Shown here: positions 1-8,750 of the stretch, piece by piece
Layout: every line of letters begins with the position of its first letter
Numbering within the stretch: the first letter of the stretch is position 1
Notes under the pieces: model-generated
The model's input: only the letters and a program-made list of their open reading frames with translations
What the model was told of the DNA's origin: nothing
The model's database searches: none
Program-made: the position numbers and the translations under genes
Source: Candidatus Helarchaeota archaeon
GTDB taxonomy: Archaea > Asgardarchaeota > Lokiarchaeia > Helarchaeales > RDOG01
DNA length: 28,108 bases
Assembly (NCBI GenBank): GCA_029838215.1
Contig: JALGVI010000039.1
Location: 1 to 28,108 of the forward strand
Direction of reading: 5' to 3'

Positions 1-549
1 CCATGCAATTGCGAATTCTTCTCTCGTTCCTTTTTGGGCTTCAAAGTCGCGCATTTTCCATTTGGAAATTGCAATCACCGTATCAAACACTTTAAATCCT
101 TCTAACTCGCTCTCTGTCCACTCCGTGTCTGCCGGAACTTCCTGCACCAATGCTTCAGAGGCATCGGCTTGAGACGTGGCAGGTGGACCACTTGCAGTAT
201 TGAGATATGAGGATCTTGCAGGAGCAGAACTTGCTGGTTGGGCAACCACGATTTTTAAGGGTTTTGAAAAATCAATTTTTTCGAGGTCTTCAACTAATTC
301 CATTAAATTTTCGGTTGAGCTTTCAGGAATTTCCTTCTTAAGCTGCTTCACGACTTTAATTATTAAAGTTTCAATGCTTGCGATGTCTTGCAATGGTTTT
401 GAGATATTTTCTGAAAATAATTTTAATAGAGATTCTCGAAGATCTACCGAAACCTGTCTTTGTATTTTATATAGTTTCTGCGTGAGATTTTTATCATAAG
501 CCTCCAAACGGGCTTCCATCTTTTCGCAAAGATTTTTTCTAATATCCAT
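1..549 (-). CDS. Hypothetical protein, partial (runs off left edge); helical N-terminal region followed by a Ser/Ala/Pro-rich linker
   Basis: Missing from the ORF track because there is no stop in the window. My translation is open from 630 to 1; first ATG at 549: MDIRKNLCEKMEARLEAYDKNLTQKL...VAQPASSAPARSSYLNTASGPPATSQADAS...EWTESELEGFKVFDTVIAISKWKMRDFEAQKGTREEFAIAW. The + strand ORF 176..499 is its shadow. Confidence 0.75.
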   Translation of the reverse strand, partial: MDIRKNLCEKMEARLEAYDKNLTQKLYKIQRQVSVDLRESLLKLFSENISKPLQDIASIETLIIKVVKQLKKEIPESSTENLMELVEDLEKIDFSKPLKIVVAQPASSAPARSSYLNTASGPPATSQADASEALVQEVPADTEWTESELEGFKVFDTVIAISKWKMRDFEAQKGTREEFAIAW

Positions 550-694
550 GATCTCTTCGATTGATTTTAATTTCTGGACTGTTTCTTTTAATATTCCTGT
601 AAGTTCATTGAATTTCGAAGCAGATTTATTTTATCAATATACCATTTTGATTTGCCGAATATCCTTGAATACAAATTTTATTTGAGTGATTTTC

Positions 695-1234
695 ATGGAC
701 GAAGCATCAACGATTGAAGAATACAAATTATACGAGCTCGCAGAAAAACGGGCAAAGCAAAAATTCATCATTCAATTGCACGTGGGAATCTATATTGGTA
801 TTAACATCTTTCTCACGATGATGAACGTGATTACAGTCGTGGTCGCCGCTTTAACGATCATCCCAACAATTCCTCTTCTACCTCAACTTTGGGTTTTCTA
901 TTCTTGGATTGGATGGGGTGCGGGATTGCTCATTCATATCATCGTTACGAAAACAAAAAGCCCAATGCTGATAGGATTTTTCACCCATGGTGTTGTTTCA
1001 TTGATGCTTACTATAATATTGTTTTATATTAATATTGCATATCCGCCAATCCCCTTCTTCTTTTGGGTTATATTCCCTCTCGTTGCTTTTATCGGTGCTT
1101 TCACCATTCACGGTGTCTTCATGTTACTTTACAAGAAGATCTTTAGGGAAGATAAAGATGGAAAAAGCTGGTTTGATCGTCTAATCGAGAAAGAGGCAGG
1201 AAAGATACGGGAAGAATTACAGAAAGATGTATAA
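695..1234 (+). CDS. Membrane protein with two tandem 2TM-like domains
   Basis: Two repeats of the 2TM pattern: YELAEKRAKQKF...HVGIYIGINIFL...N...WIGWGAGLLIH and FTHGVVS...FYIN...W..FP...IH, ending in RLIEKE. ATG at 695 preferred over GTG at 686. Confidence 0.7.
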   Translation: MDEASTIEEYKLYELAEKRAKQKFIIQLHVGIYIGINIFLTMMNVITVVVAALTIIPTIPLLPQLWVFYSWIGWGAGLLIHIIVTKTKSPMLIGFFTHGVVSLMLTIILFYINIAYPPIPFFFWVIFPLVAFIGAFTIHGVFMLLYKKIFREDKDGKSWFDRLIEKEAGKIREELQKDV

Positions 1235-1239
1235 GAAAA

Positions 1240-1536
1240 ATGAGTAGGAAAGAAAAAGATTCTGCCGAAATAAAGAACAAAACGGAATACGATGTAAAAA
1301 AATATAAGGCAGAGAAGGCTCTCCGGAGAAAACAGAAGAAATTCGGTTCCATAATGGTAAAAGGGCGCATGCGTGATGACAAGCGCGTTAAAACGTACTC
1401 AGTAACAATTCCGGCTCAAATCAGAACCGACATGGACCTTAAAGGCGGAGAGTATTTTTTAATCAAAGCAAAAAAGGATGAAATTATTCTTAAATTAATT
1501 AAAACGGAAGAAAACGAAAAGGAAATTGACGAATAA
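1240..1536 (+). CDS. AbrB/MazE/SpoVT-family DNA-binding protein
   Basis: YSVTIPAQIRTDMDLKGGEYFLIKAKKDEIILK matches the swapped-hairpin AbrB signature. Starts 5 bp after the 2TM gene, so probably co-transcribed. Confidence 0.75.
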   Translation: MSRKEKDSAEIKNKTEYDVKKYKAEKALRRKQKKFGSIMVKGRMRDDKRVKTYSVTIPAQIRTDMDLKGGEYFLIKAKKDEIILKLIKTEENEKEIDE

Positions 1537-1555
1537 ACATTGAGTTTTCCCATAC

Positions 1556-2005
1556 TTAGTATCTTTCAGCCAATTTGTCGTTACAAGACCTGCACGCGTG
1601 AGCCATCCAATGATTTAAGGTACCGCAGTTGGGACATGTATTCAGCTCAAGTGTTTTTTCGATCCATTTCTTTTTCCCGTGTTGTTTTTGATAGTTAACG
1701 TCCCAATTGAGTTTCCGAAGAAACGGCTTGTAAGGGTACTTTTCTATTTTTTTACAAGGATACTCATCGCAAACCGCACAACTTACAATTTCTTTCTTTC
1801 GGACGCATTTCTTCAGGCTACAAGTCCTACAGAAGAAAAATGGAAGATCTGAATTACATCCTTCGCAGATGACTTTTTCAGGTGTTATTCCAACATTTTT
1901 TGCCAATTTCTTCTTTAGTTTTTCATCATTGTTTTTATAAGCAATCAGGTATGGACAAACGTCGCAGTAAACGCCACAAGAAGCTAATAATTTTGGGTCA
2001 TCCAT
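1556..2005 (-). CDS. DUF3795-family Cys-rich protein with C-terminal zinc ribbon
   Basis: CGVYCDVCP...CEGC...CRTC...C...CAVCDEYPC pattern, then CPNC...CRSC. Confidence 0.8.
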   Translation of the reverse strand: MDDPKLLASCGVYCDVCPYLIAYKNNDEKLKKKLAKNVGITPEKVICEGCNSDLPFFFCRTCSLKKCVRKKEIVSCAVCDEYPCKKIEKYPYKPFLRKLNWDVNYQKQHGKKKWIEKTLELNTCPNCGTLNHWMAHACRSCNDKLAERY

Positions 2006-2299
2006 TTCAAATCCTCACCAAGACATAATGATCGTTACGACATCGTGATATAACACAATTATATTATTTAAATTAAATAACTTAGTTGAAAATCAAGAAC
2101 TTTTAAAGATTTATTAATCATGTTGAACCCGATGAATACGATTAAATTATTAAAGCCTTGATGAGTTCTTAATAAAAATGCAATAGAATGTTGATTCTCG
2201 TAATCTTTAACATTTTTTTCCGAAGGATCTTGACTTTTTTACGAGTATTTTTGAAATAAAAAGTTTTAAATACTTGAGAACGCGTTTTGATACATTGAT

Positions 2300-2329
2300 C
2301 ATGATCAGCTTGATCATGTGATATAAAAT
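2300..2329 (+). promoter_or_regulatory. Palindromic operator (CATGATCA-GCT-TGATCATG) next to a TATA-like box upstream of the B12-radical SAM pair
   Basis: Perfect 8-bp inverted arms at 2300-2318; TATAAAAT at 2322-2329, about 30 bp before the ATG at 2359. Confidence 0.5.
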
Positions 2330-2358
2330 ATAACGCAATTTTTTAGGCGATCGCTAAA

Positions 2359-3939
2359 ATGAAAATATTATTAATTAATCCTACAGGTCACAAGATAGGG
2401 ATGGATCATTTTCTAAAGGCACCACCATTAGGCTTGATGACAATTGCGGCAACCGTGCCAGAACACGAAGTGGAAATCATAGACCTTCGTAATTATGATT
2501 ATAAACCAGAATTTGTCGAACGAAAGATCAAACAATTCGATGTCATTGGAGTTTCATCTTCTACATCCATGATTAACGAATCTCTAAAATTGTGCCGAAT
2601 TGCAAAAGAAAATGATGTAAAAACCATAATTGGTGGTGTTCATCCAACTCTTGTACCTGAAACAGCACTCTATCCCGAAGTTGATTTGACGGTTCGCGGC
2701 GAAGGAGAGTTGACCTTTCCGGAGGTTATCCAAGCCATCGACCAGTCTCGACAACTCAAAGGAATAAAAGGAATTGCTTTTAAAAATGGCTCGGAATTGG
2801 TTTGTACTGAAACACGACCACCCATCAATCTCGACGAACAACCATTTCCTCGCCGAGATCTCGTAAGAAAATATGATTACCATTATTTTTGGGCATCAAT
2901 CGATGCATTTGAATCTTCTAGAGGATGTCCTCATCAATGTCACTTCTGTTGCATCTCACCTCATTGGGGACGCGGATGGCGGGCAAAATCTCCTGAACGA
3001 ATTATCGAAGATTTTCACCACATGGATTCATCAAAACGTTGGTTTATCTTTAACGATAGTGAATCAACTCTTAACATGAAACGATTGGAAAAATTATGTG
3101 GTTTGATAAAGGAATACGGTTATCATAGAAAGTGGAAATCGTGCCAAGGTCGAGTGGACGATGTCGTCAAGTATCCACACGTCATTGAAAAAATGGCGGA
3201 CGCAGGTTGGAAAATGATCTTCATAGGAATAGAAAGCATCCATCAGAAATCCCTCGATACAATCGGTAAAAGAATTTCCATAAGACAAATCAAACATGCT
3301 GTTAAAATACTTCACGATCTGGGAATTACTATTTTTGGAAGCATCATTATTGGTAATATTGGAGAAACCAAAAAAGATATTCTGGCGACAATTAAATTTG
3401 CCGAAGAACTTGATATAGACATAATGCAATTTACACCTTTGACACCATATCCTGCTACGAAATTATATGAACAGGCAAGGAAGAACGACTGGATCGTTGA
3501 TAACGACTTCACTAATTGGAATTTAGTCACGCCCATCATGCGATCTGATACTTTACCAGCAGATGAAATCCACGAACTCGTGAAATATGCATACAGAGAC
3601 TTTTACCTTAGATTTAAGGAAAAACGCCAAAAATTCTTCTTCTTTCGGTCTGCTCGACGGTTACTTCGAAATCCACGCTTTTGGTGGTTCTGGCTCATGG
3701 CTCGTAAATTCGTCATTAACGGTCTAAAAACCTATAAAGACTTCATGGCAGATTTAACAAGTAGAGAATACCTCGAAATGCAACGGTTGAAAGAAGAGAA
3801 GAAACAACAGAAAAAATTGAGAAAACTGGAAAAGAAGCAACGAAAGCAGGAAGAGAAAAAAAAGAAACAGAAAGGTCAAAAATTTAGGGATATTGAAAAC
3901 AAAAAAATGACTCCTGTTCCAATTCCTACACAAGAGTGA
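2359..3939 (+). CDS. Cobalamin-binding (class B) radical SAM protein, paralogue 1, with a Lys/Glu/Gln-rich C-terminal tail
   Basis: N-terminal B12-binding domain (PPLGLMTIAA, IIGGVHPT, VRGEGE), SRGCPHQCHFC radical SAM motif, IFIGIES, TPYPAT. Confidence 0.92.
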   Translation: MKILLINPTGHKIGMDHFLKAPPLGLMTIAATVPEHEVEIIDLRNYDYKPEFVERKIKQFDVIGVSSSTSMINESLKLCRIAKENDVKTIIGGVHPTLVPETALYPEVDLTVRGEGELTFPEVIQAIDQSRQLKGIKGIAFKNGSELVCTETRPPINLDEQPFPRRDLVRKYDYHYFWASIDAFESSRGCPHQCHFCCISPHWGRGWRAKSPERIIEDFHHMDSSKRWFIFNDSESTLNMKRLEKLCGLIKEYGYHRKWKSCQGRVDDVVKYPHVIEKMADAGWKMIFIGIESIHQKSLDTIGKRISIRQIKHAVKILHDLGITIFGSIIIGNIGETKKDILATIKFAEELDIDIMQFTPLTPYPATKLYEQARKNDWIVDNDFTNWNLVTPIMRSDTLPADEIHELVKYAYRDFYLRFKEKRQKFFFFRSARRLLRNPRFWWFWLMARKFVINGLKTYKDFMADLTSREYLEMQRLKEEKKQQKKLRKLEKKQRKQEEKKKKQKGQKFRDIENKKMTPVPIPTQE

Positions 3940-3964
3940 TGTTATGTTGATCAGGAAGTCATGA

Positions 3965-5368
3965 ATGATGAAAATCCTTTTGGTTAATCCGGAATTCAAC
4001 ATAGGAATGAGTCGCGTTATCAAAAGCCCTCCACTTGGAGTCATGAACATTGCAGCAACTGTGCCAGAACACGACGTGAAAATTCTCGACCTGAACGCTC
4101 AACCTCTTTCGCAGGCTCAATTAGATCGGGAAATATCAAAATTTGATGTTCTTGGCATATCGCTCATGTCCACGACTTATGGAAGCACGTTGGAATGGCT
4201 AAAATCAGCCAAAAAGAATGGAGTGACGACCATAGTCGGGGGATTTCACCCAACAATGGACCCAAATGATGTGATTTCCAATTCCGAGATTGATATCATC
4301 GTGCGTGGAGAAGGAGAAGCCACATTCCCCGAACTCATCACCGAATTGGAAAATCGCGGTACCAATCAACTCCAAGACGTGAAGGGAATAACCTATAAAG
4401 ATAATGGTCGCGTGATTCATACCGAAAAACGCCCTATAATAGAGAACATGGACTCTCTTCCTTTTGCGGCAAGGGATCTCGTAAATTATGACCAATATCA
4501 TTATTTAGGCATTCCTGCAGACGTGATCGAAACATCACGAGGTTGTCCGTATGATTGTACTTTTTGTTCCGTGCAGAATTTTTGGGAGAGGAAATGGCGC
4601 TGCAAATCCCCTCTTCGCATGGTAAAGGAAGTTGCTCAGGTTCGCAAGAACAAGAGTCGAAAAATCATTTTTTTCGTGGATGATAACTTCATAATGGATC
4701 CGAAACGAGTCAAGAAATTCTGCCGCCTATTACGAGAATATGGGCAAGATCGCATTTTTCTCTGTTGCCAAGCCAGTGTGGGCATGATCATCAGGAATCC
4801 AGACATGTTAAAGGAAATGCGAAAGGCAGGATTCGTATTGCTTTTCGTGGGCTTCGAGAGTTTCAAGCAAGAAAGCCTGGAAATCATGAAAAAACATCAT
4901 AACATTAATCAGGCTAGAAAAGCAGTCAAATTGTGCCACGACAACGGATTATGTGTTTGGGGATCCTTCATCGTTGGAAATATCGGCGAAACGCGCAAGG
5001 ACACGTTAAAAACCTTCAAGATCGCAAAAGAGATAGGGACGGACATATTCATGTGCAATCCGCTCACGCCTTTTCCGGGAACTGTTTTAAACGAACAGGC
5101 AATAGAAAATGGTTGGATGCCGGAAGGATTCACGTGGCGAGACTGGGATCTCGAACCCGTGATGGATACAGATGAGCTATCAAGAGATGAAATCGCAGAT
5201 TTGGTCAGAATTGGTCACAAATCGTTCTACTTATCAAAATACTTCTTTGCAGGACGAAAAAACCTCAATCTCTTGAGACCAAAATTCTGGTGGTGGTGGA
5301 AGATCGGACCAATGTTCATCTCAAATGGCCTAAAGCACTTCATCCTCCCTTATCTTCGACGATATTAA
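3965..5368 (+). CDS. Cobalamin-binding (class B) radical SAM protein, paralogue 2
   Basis: PPLGVMNIAA, IVGGFHPT, VRGEGE, SRGCPYDCTFC, FFVDDNF, LFVGFES, TPFPGT. Clearly similar to the upstream gene. Confidence 0.92.
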   Translation: MMKILLVNPEFNIGMSRVIKSPPLGVMNIAATVPEHDVKILDLNAQPLSQAQLDREISKFDVLGISLMSTTYGSTLEWLKSAKKNGVTTIVGGFHPTMDPNDVISNSEIDIIVRGEGEATFPELITELENRGTNQLQDVKGITYKDNGRVIHTEKRPIIENMDSLPFAARDLVNYDQYHYLGIPADVIETSRGCPYDCTFCSVQNFWERKWRCKSPLRMVKEVAQVRKNKSRKIIFFVDDNFIMDPKRVKKFCRLLREYGQDRIFLCCQASVGMIIRNPDMLKEMRKAGFVLLFVGFESFKQESLEIMKKHHNINQARKAVKLCHDNGLCVWGSFIVGNIGETRKDTLKTFKIAKEIGTDIFMCNPLTPFPGTVLNEQAIENGWMPEGFTWRDWDLEPVMDTDELSRDEIADLVRIGHKSFYLSKYFFAGRKNLNLLRPKFWWWWKIGPMFISNGLKHFILPYLRRY

Positions 5369-5385
5369 GCCGCATTCCACGCAAA

Positions 5386-6435
5386 TCAAGGAAAATGCGG
5401 AGCCACTTCTTCCGCGAAAAGTTTCATCGATCCCCAATAGTCGTCTCCAACGAATTGCAGGAAAAGGTTTTCACAACCTGCTTCCTGCCATTTTTCTATC
5501 GAACCGATGATATCTTCAGGAGATCCTGATAGAACTGTCTGTTCGATCACTTCCAATGGAACGTATTTTTGTGCAAAATCCATTGCCTTGGCAGCATGCG
5601 ATGACTGCTTCCTTAATGGTAATTTAAAGTGGTCAATGAAATCCAACTTCTTTGGAAATTCTGACACGTAGTCTTTCAAAATTTCGGGACGCATGCAAAG
5701 AACGGAACCGACAAGTCTTCCCAGTTGTCTTGCTTTCTCGGGATCTTCTTTTGAGATGGAAATGAACGTGTTCATTCCCTTTTCTACCTTTCTTCCTGCT
5801 TGGTCGATAATTCTTGCATGTTCTTTATACAACTTGGGGATGTATCCGACAGGGATCCAGCCATCAGCATGGGTCGCCGTCAATTTCAATGTTCGTGGGC
5901 TACCTGCGGCCAACCAAATTCGTGGAGGGCGTTCCACGGCAAATTGCAAAAACACCTTGTTCAAGTTAAAAAAACGCCCTTCAAAACTGACGCGGTTTTT
6001 TGGAGATGAATCGAATAATAATTTAATGACCTGAATGGCTTCCTCGAGTCGAGATACCGAAAATTTAGGAGAAATGCCAAAATCAATTAAATTCACACCT
6101 TCTCCCGCACCCAATCCTAAATTAAAGCCACTACTTGCAATTCTTTGCAAGTGAAGAGAGTTTAAAGCAATTTGAGCAGGATGAGTGCGAAATGGATCCG
6201 TGACCATCATGCCAATTTGCATTTTCTTGAGAACGTGCGCAAGTTCCGAAGCCATGATCCAAGATGAATAAATTTCTGCGGTTTTCGGATACCAATTCAG
6301 ATGGCACATGATGGAATTGACTTGGAAACAACCTAGTTCTTCACTTAACCTTGCGGATTTGATGACTTCTGCCCTTCCAAAATTCAAATTTGAAAAATTT
6401 GTTGCTTGGTGAATGCTAAACTTGATCATGGGCAT
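5386..6435 (-). CDS. LLM-class (luciferase-like monooxygenase superfamily) flavin/F420-dependent oxidoreductase
   Basis: VTDPFRTHPAQIA, FNLGLGAG, RLEEAIQVIKLL, FEGRFF, PPRIWLAAGSP..L...A.HADGWIP, MKLFAEEVAPHF. F420 dependence is an inference. Confidence 0.88.
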   Translation of the reverse strand: MPMIKFSIHQATNFSNLNFGRAEVIKSARLSEELGCFQVNSIMCHLNWYPKTAEIYSSWIMASELAHVLKKMQIGMMVTDPFRTHPAQIALNSLHLQRIASSGFNLGLGAGEGVNLIDFGISPKFSVSRLEEAIQVIKLLFDSSPKNRVSFEGRFFNLNKVFLQFAVERPPRIWLAAGSPRTLKLTATHADGWIPVGYIPKLYKEHARIIDQAGRKVEKGMNTFISISKEDPEKARQLGRLVGSVLCMRPEILKDYVSEFPKKLDFIDHFKLPLRKQSSHAAKAMDFAQKYVPLEVIEQTVLSGSPEDIIGSIEKWQEAGCENLFLQFVGDDYWGSMKLFAEEVAPHFP

Positions 6436-6521
6436 TCCTTCTCGTTCATTTTTAGTTAGTTTTTGCTTCCAGCATATTTATTATTTATCGATCATTCGTT
6501 AATCATGCTGGTGAATTGGTC

Positions 6522-7394
6522 ATGAACCTCATCATTGATACCGATCCGGGCTTGGGTGATGGAAAGATCGTTGATGTTGATGATGGTCTTGCCATCTTCA
6601 TGGCTCTGGGTTCTGAAGAAATTGACCTGAAGGGAATAACGGTCACTCATGGAAACACGCCTCTTCACGTTGGATTTAGGCTTTTAAAGGAGTACTTGAA
6701 GGTCGCTCAACGAACAGATATTCCCTCATTTCGAGGTGCGAGTTCTAATGAAGATTTCGGCAAGCGTACGGATGCCACGGACTTTCTCATCAGGTCGGTA
6801 AAGGAGCATCCAAGCGACTTAAGCATCCTCACGTTAGGGCCGCTTACCAACATCGCTTCTGCGGCCAAGATTTATCCCGAATTCTTTGACGACATCAAGA
6901 ATTTGGTAATGATGGGAACTTGTATTAATCCTCCCTTTGGTCTAAAATTCTTATCCGGTGAGTTCAACATAGGAAACGATCATCGTGCCGCCGCTTTGGT
7001 TCTTGCAGCTCCGATCTTAAAAGTAGTAGTAGGAATGGATGTTTGCACGAAAGTTAAGTTCACCAAGCAACAAATGGTCAGGATTAAAAAAGCAAATTCA
7101 AGAGTTGCTCGATACATTGCACATCACATGTATTTCTGGTATGGGGGTTGGAGCCTTATAGGAGGTTTTTACCCGTGGGATCCAATTGCACTTGGCTGTT
7201 ATGTCAAGCCTAGCTTGTATAAATGTGCTCGAGTTTCTCTCCAATTACAAGAAAAATCTAATTCACAAATTGCATTTAGCAATCATCGTGTCGTCATTGT
7301 TCCAAACGTGTCTCCTAATTCCAGACTGTGCCTTGACGTAAATGCACCTGCGTTTTTAGACTTATTCGTGGAACGTCTTCTAAATTTGCCTTAA
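6522..7394 (+). CDS. Inosine/uridine-preferring nucleoside hydrolase family protein
   Basis: IIDTDPG...DVDDG Ca2+-binding motif, GITVTHGN, LTLGPLTNIA, EFNIGND, WDP. ATG at 6522 preferred over TTG at 6516. Confidence 0.9.
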   Translation: MNLIIDTDPGLGDGKIVDVDDGLAIFMALGSEEIDLKGITVTHGNTPLHVGFRLLKEYLKVAQRTDIPSFRGASSNEDFGKRTDATDFLIRSVKEHPSDLSILTLGPLTNIASAAKIYPEFFDDIKNLVMMGTCINPPFGLKFLSGEFNIGNDHRAAALVLAAPILKVVVGMDVCTKVKFTKQQMVRIKKANSRVARYIAHHMYFWYGGWSLIGGFYPWDPIALGCYVKPSLYKCARVSLQLQEKSNSQIAFSNHRVVIVPNVSPNSRLCLDVNAPAFLDLFVERLLNLP

Positions 7395-7397
7395 TTT

Positions 7398-8564
7398 TTA
7401 TTTCTTTCTTCGAGATTTTTTCTCCTTGTAGAGGCATCTGACTCCAAGATATTGTTCCTGAAGAGAAATCGCCTTCGTTACGTCCATTCCGCACTTGTTG
7501 CAAGAAATGCATTCGCAGTCGTTAGATTTTCCTTCTCTCCATTTATTTGGAAAATCGGGCTCGCAGATGAATGGACGTGAAAATGAACAGAAATCAGCAA
7601 TATTTTCTCGAAGTACTGTTTCGACCATCTCCAATCTTCGAATTCCACCAACGACAATCAATGGAACTTTCACGTGTTGTCGAAAAAGCCTGGCATGCTC
7701 GACGTGATAGCCTTCTTCTTCAATGCTTCTGATCCTGCGGCATTCTGGCGGAAATGCGAACGGTTTAAACTTCACGGCTGCATCCCACACGCCACCGCTG
7801 ACTTCGATCGCATCAATGCCAGCTTTTTCAAGCGTTTTTGCCATTTTCACGGCTTCTATTTCTTGAATTCCCGTGCTTAGAAAATCCACGGCATTCATTT
7901 TTATTGACAAGGGAATTTGCTTGCCAATTTCCTCTTGGATGCCTTCAATGATCTCGAGGACAAACCTGAGCCGATTTTCCAGGGTTCTTCCATATTCATC
8001 GCTTCGTTTATTCGAATGAGGGGATAAAAATTGGTTGATCAAGTATCCGTGAGCGCCGTGAAGCTGGACTCCGTCATAATCCGCCTCAAATGCCCTCCGA
8101 GCACCATCGACAAATGCCCGTTCAGTCTCCTTTATATCATCTACCGTCATCTTTCGAGGCATTTTTTTTGAAACGGAATCAGGTAATGGAGAAGGGGCAA
8201 TAATTTCACCGTCCCATCCACCAGGTCCCACCTCTCTTCCGCAATGTGATAATTGAAGAAAAACCTTGGAATCGTGTTCATGAATGATCTTGGCAATTTT
8301 GGCCAATCCGGCAATATACGAATCATCGTGAATGCCGGTCATCAGAGGAAAGGCACGTCCATTAGGTTGAACAAAAGTAAATCCTTTAATAATGAGACCT
8401 GCACCACCTCGTGCAAGTTTTTCATAAAACGCAACCAATTTATCCGTGACGTATCCCGATGTTGAAGCCGATGCTTCATACGTGGCGGATCGAACCAACC
8501 GATTCTTAATGGCGACACGTCCGATTTTTTTAGTCGAAAAAGTCATTTTATTCATGATATTCAT
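7398..8564 (-). CDS. NADH:flavin oxidoreductase, Old Yellow Enzyme family, with C-terminal Cys cluster
   Basis: NRLVRSAT, RGGAGLII, QLSHCGR, DGVQLHGAHGYLINQFLSP..NKRSDEYG, IVVGGIR, CISCNKC...C. Start may be the downstream ATG (MTFSTKK). Confidence 0.92.
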   Translation of the reverse strand: MNIMNKMTFSTKKIGRVAIKNRLVRSATYEASASTSGYVTDKLVAFYEKLARGGAGLIIKGFTFVQPNGRAFPLMTGIHDDSYIAGLAKIAKIIHEHDSKVFLQLSHCGREVGPGGWDGEIIAPSPLPDSVSKKMPRKMTVDDIKETERAFVDGARRAFEADYDGVQLHGAHGYLINQFLSPHSNKRSDEYGRTLENRLRFVLEIIEGIQEEIGKQIPLSIKMNAVDFLSTGIQEIEAVKMAKTLEKAGIDAIEVSGGVWDAAVKFKPFAFPPECRRIRSIEEEGYHVEHARLFRQHVKVPLIVVGGIRRLEMVETVLRENIADFCSFSRPFICEPDFPNKWREGKSNDCECISCNKCGMDVTKAISLQEQYLGVRCLYKEKKSRRKK

Positions 8565-8750
8565 TGATTCCTTTTATTTAATGAGTTTTATTTTGAGAAC
8601 AAATTTAATATAGTTATTTTGATCAACCGTCATGCTAATTAAGCATCAGCATGGCACCATTGATCTTTTTAGAAACGATGGGCTTGATATAATAAATAAT
8701 ATCTACAAAAACTGGGCCACGTGCTCTCTTTTCTGAGCAGAAAAAAAAGT

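Noticed and set aside
550-645. Upstream extension or stop read-through of the left-edge gene (frame open to 630; ATG at 645)
   Set aside because: The ATG at 645 is followed by consecutive TGA and TAA stops, and the 27 open codons upstream of ATG 549 contain no canonical start.
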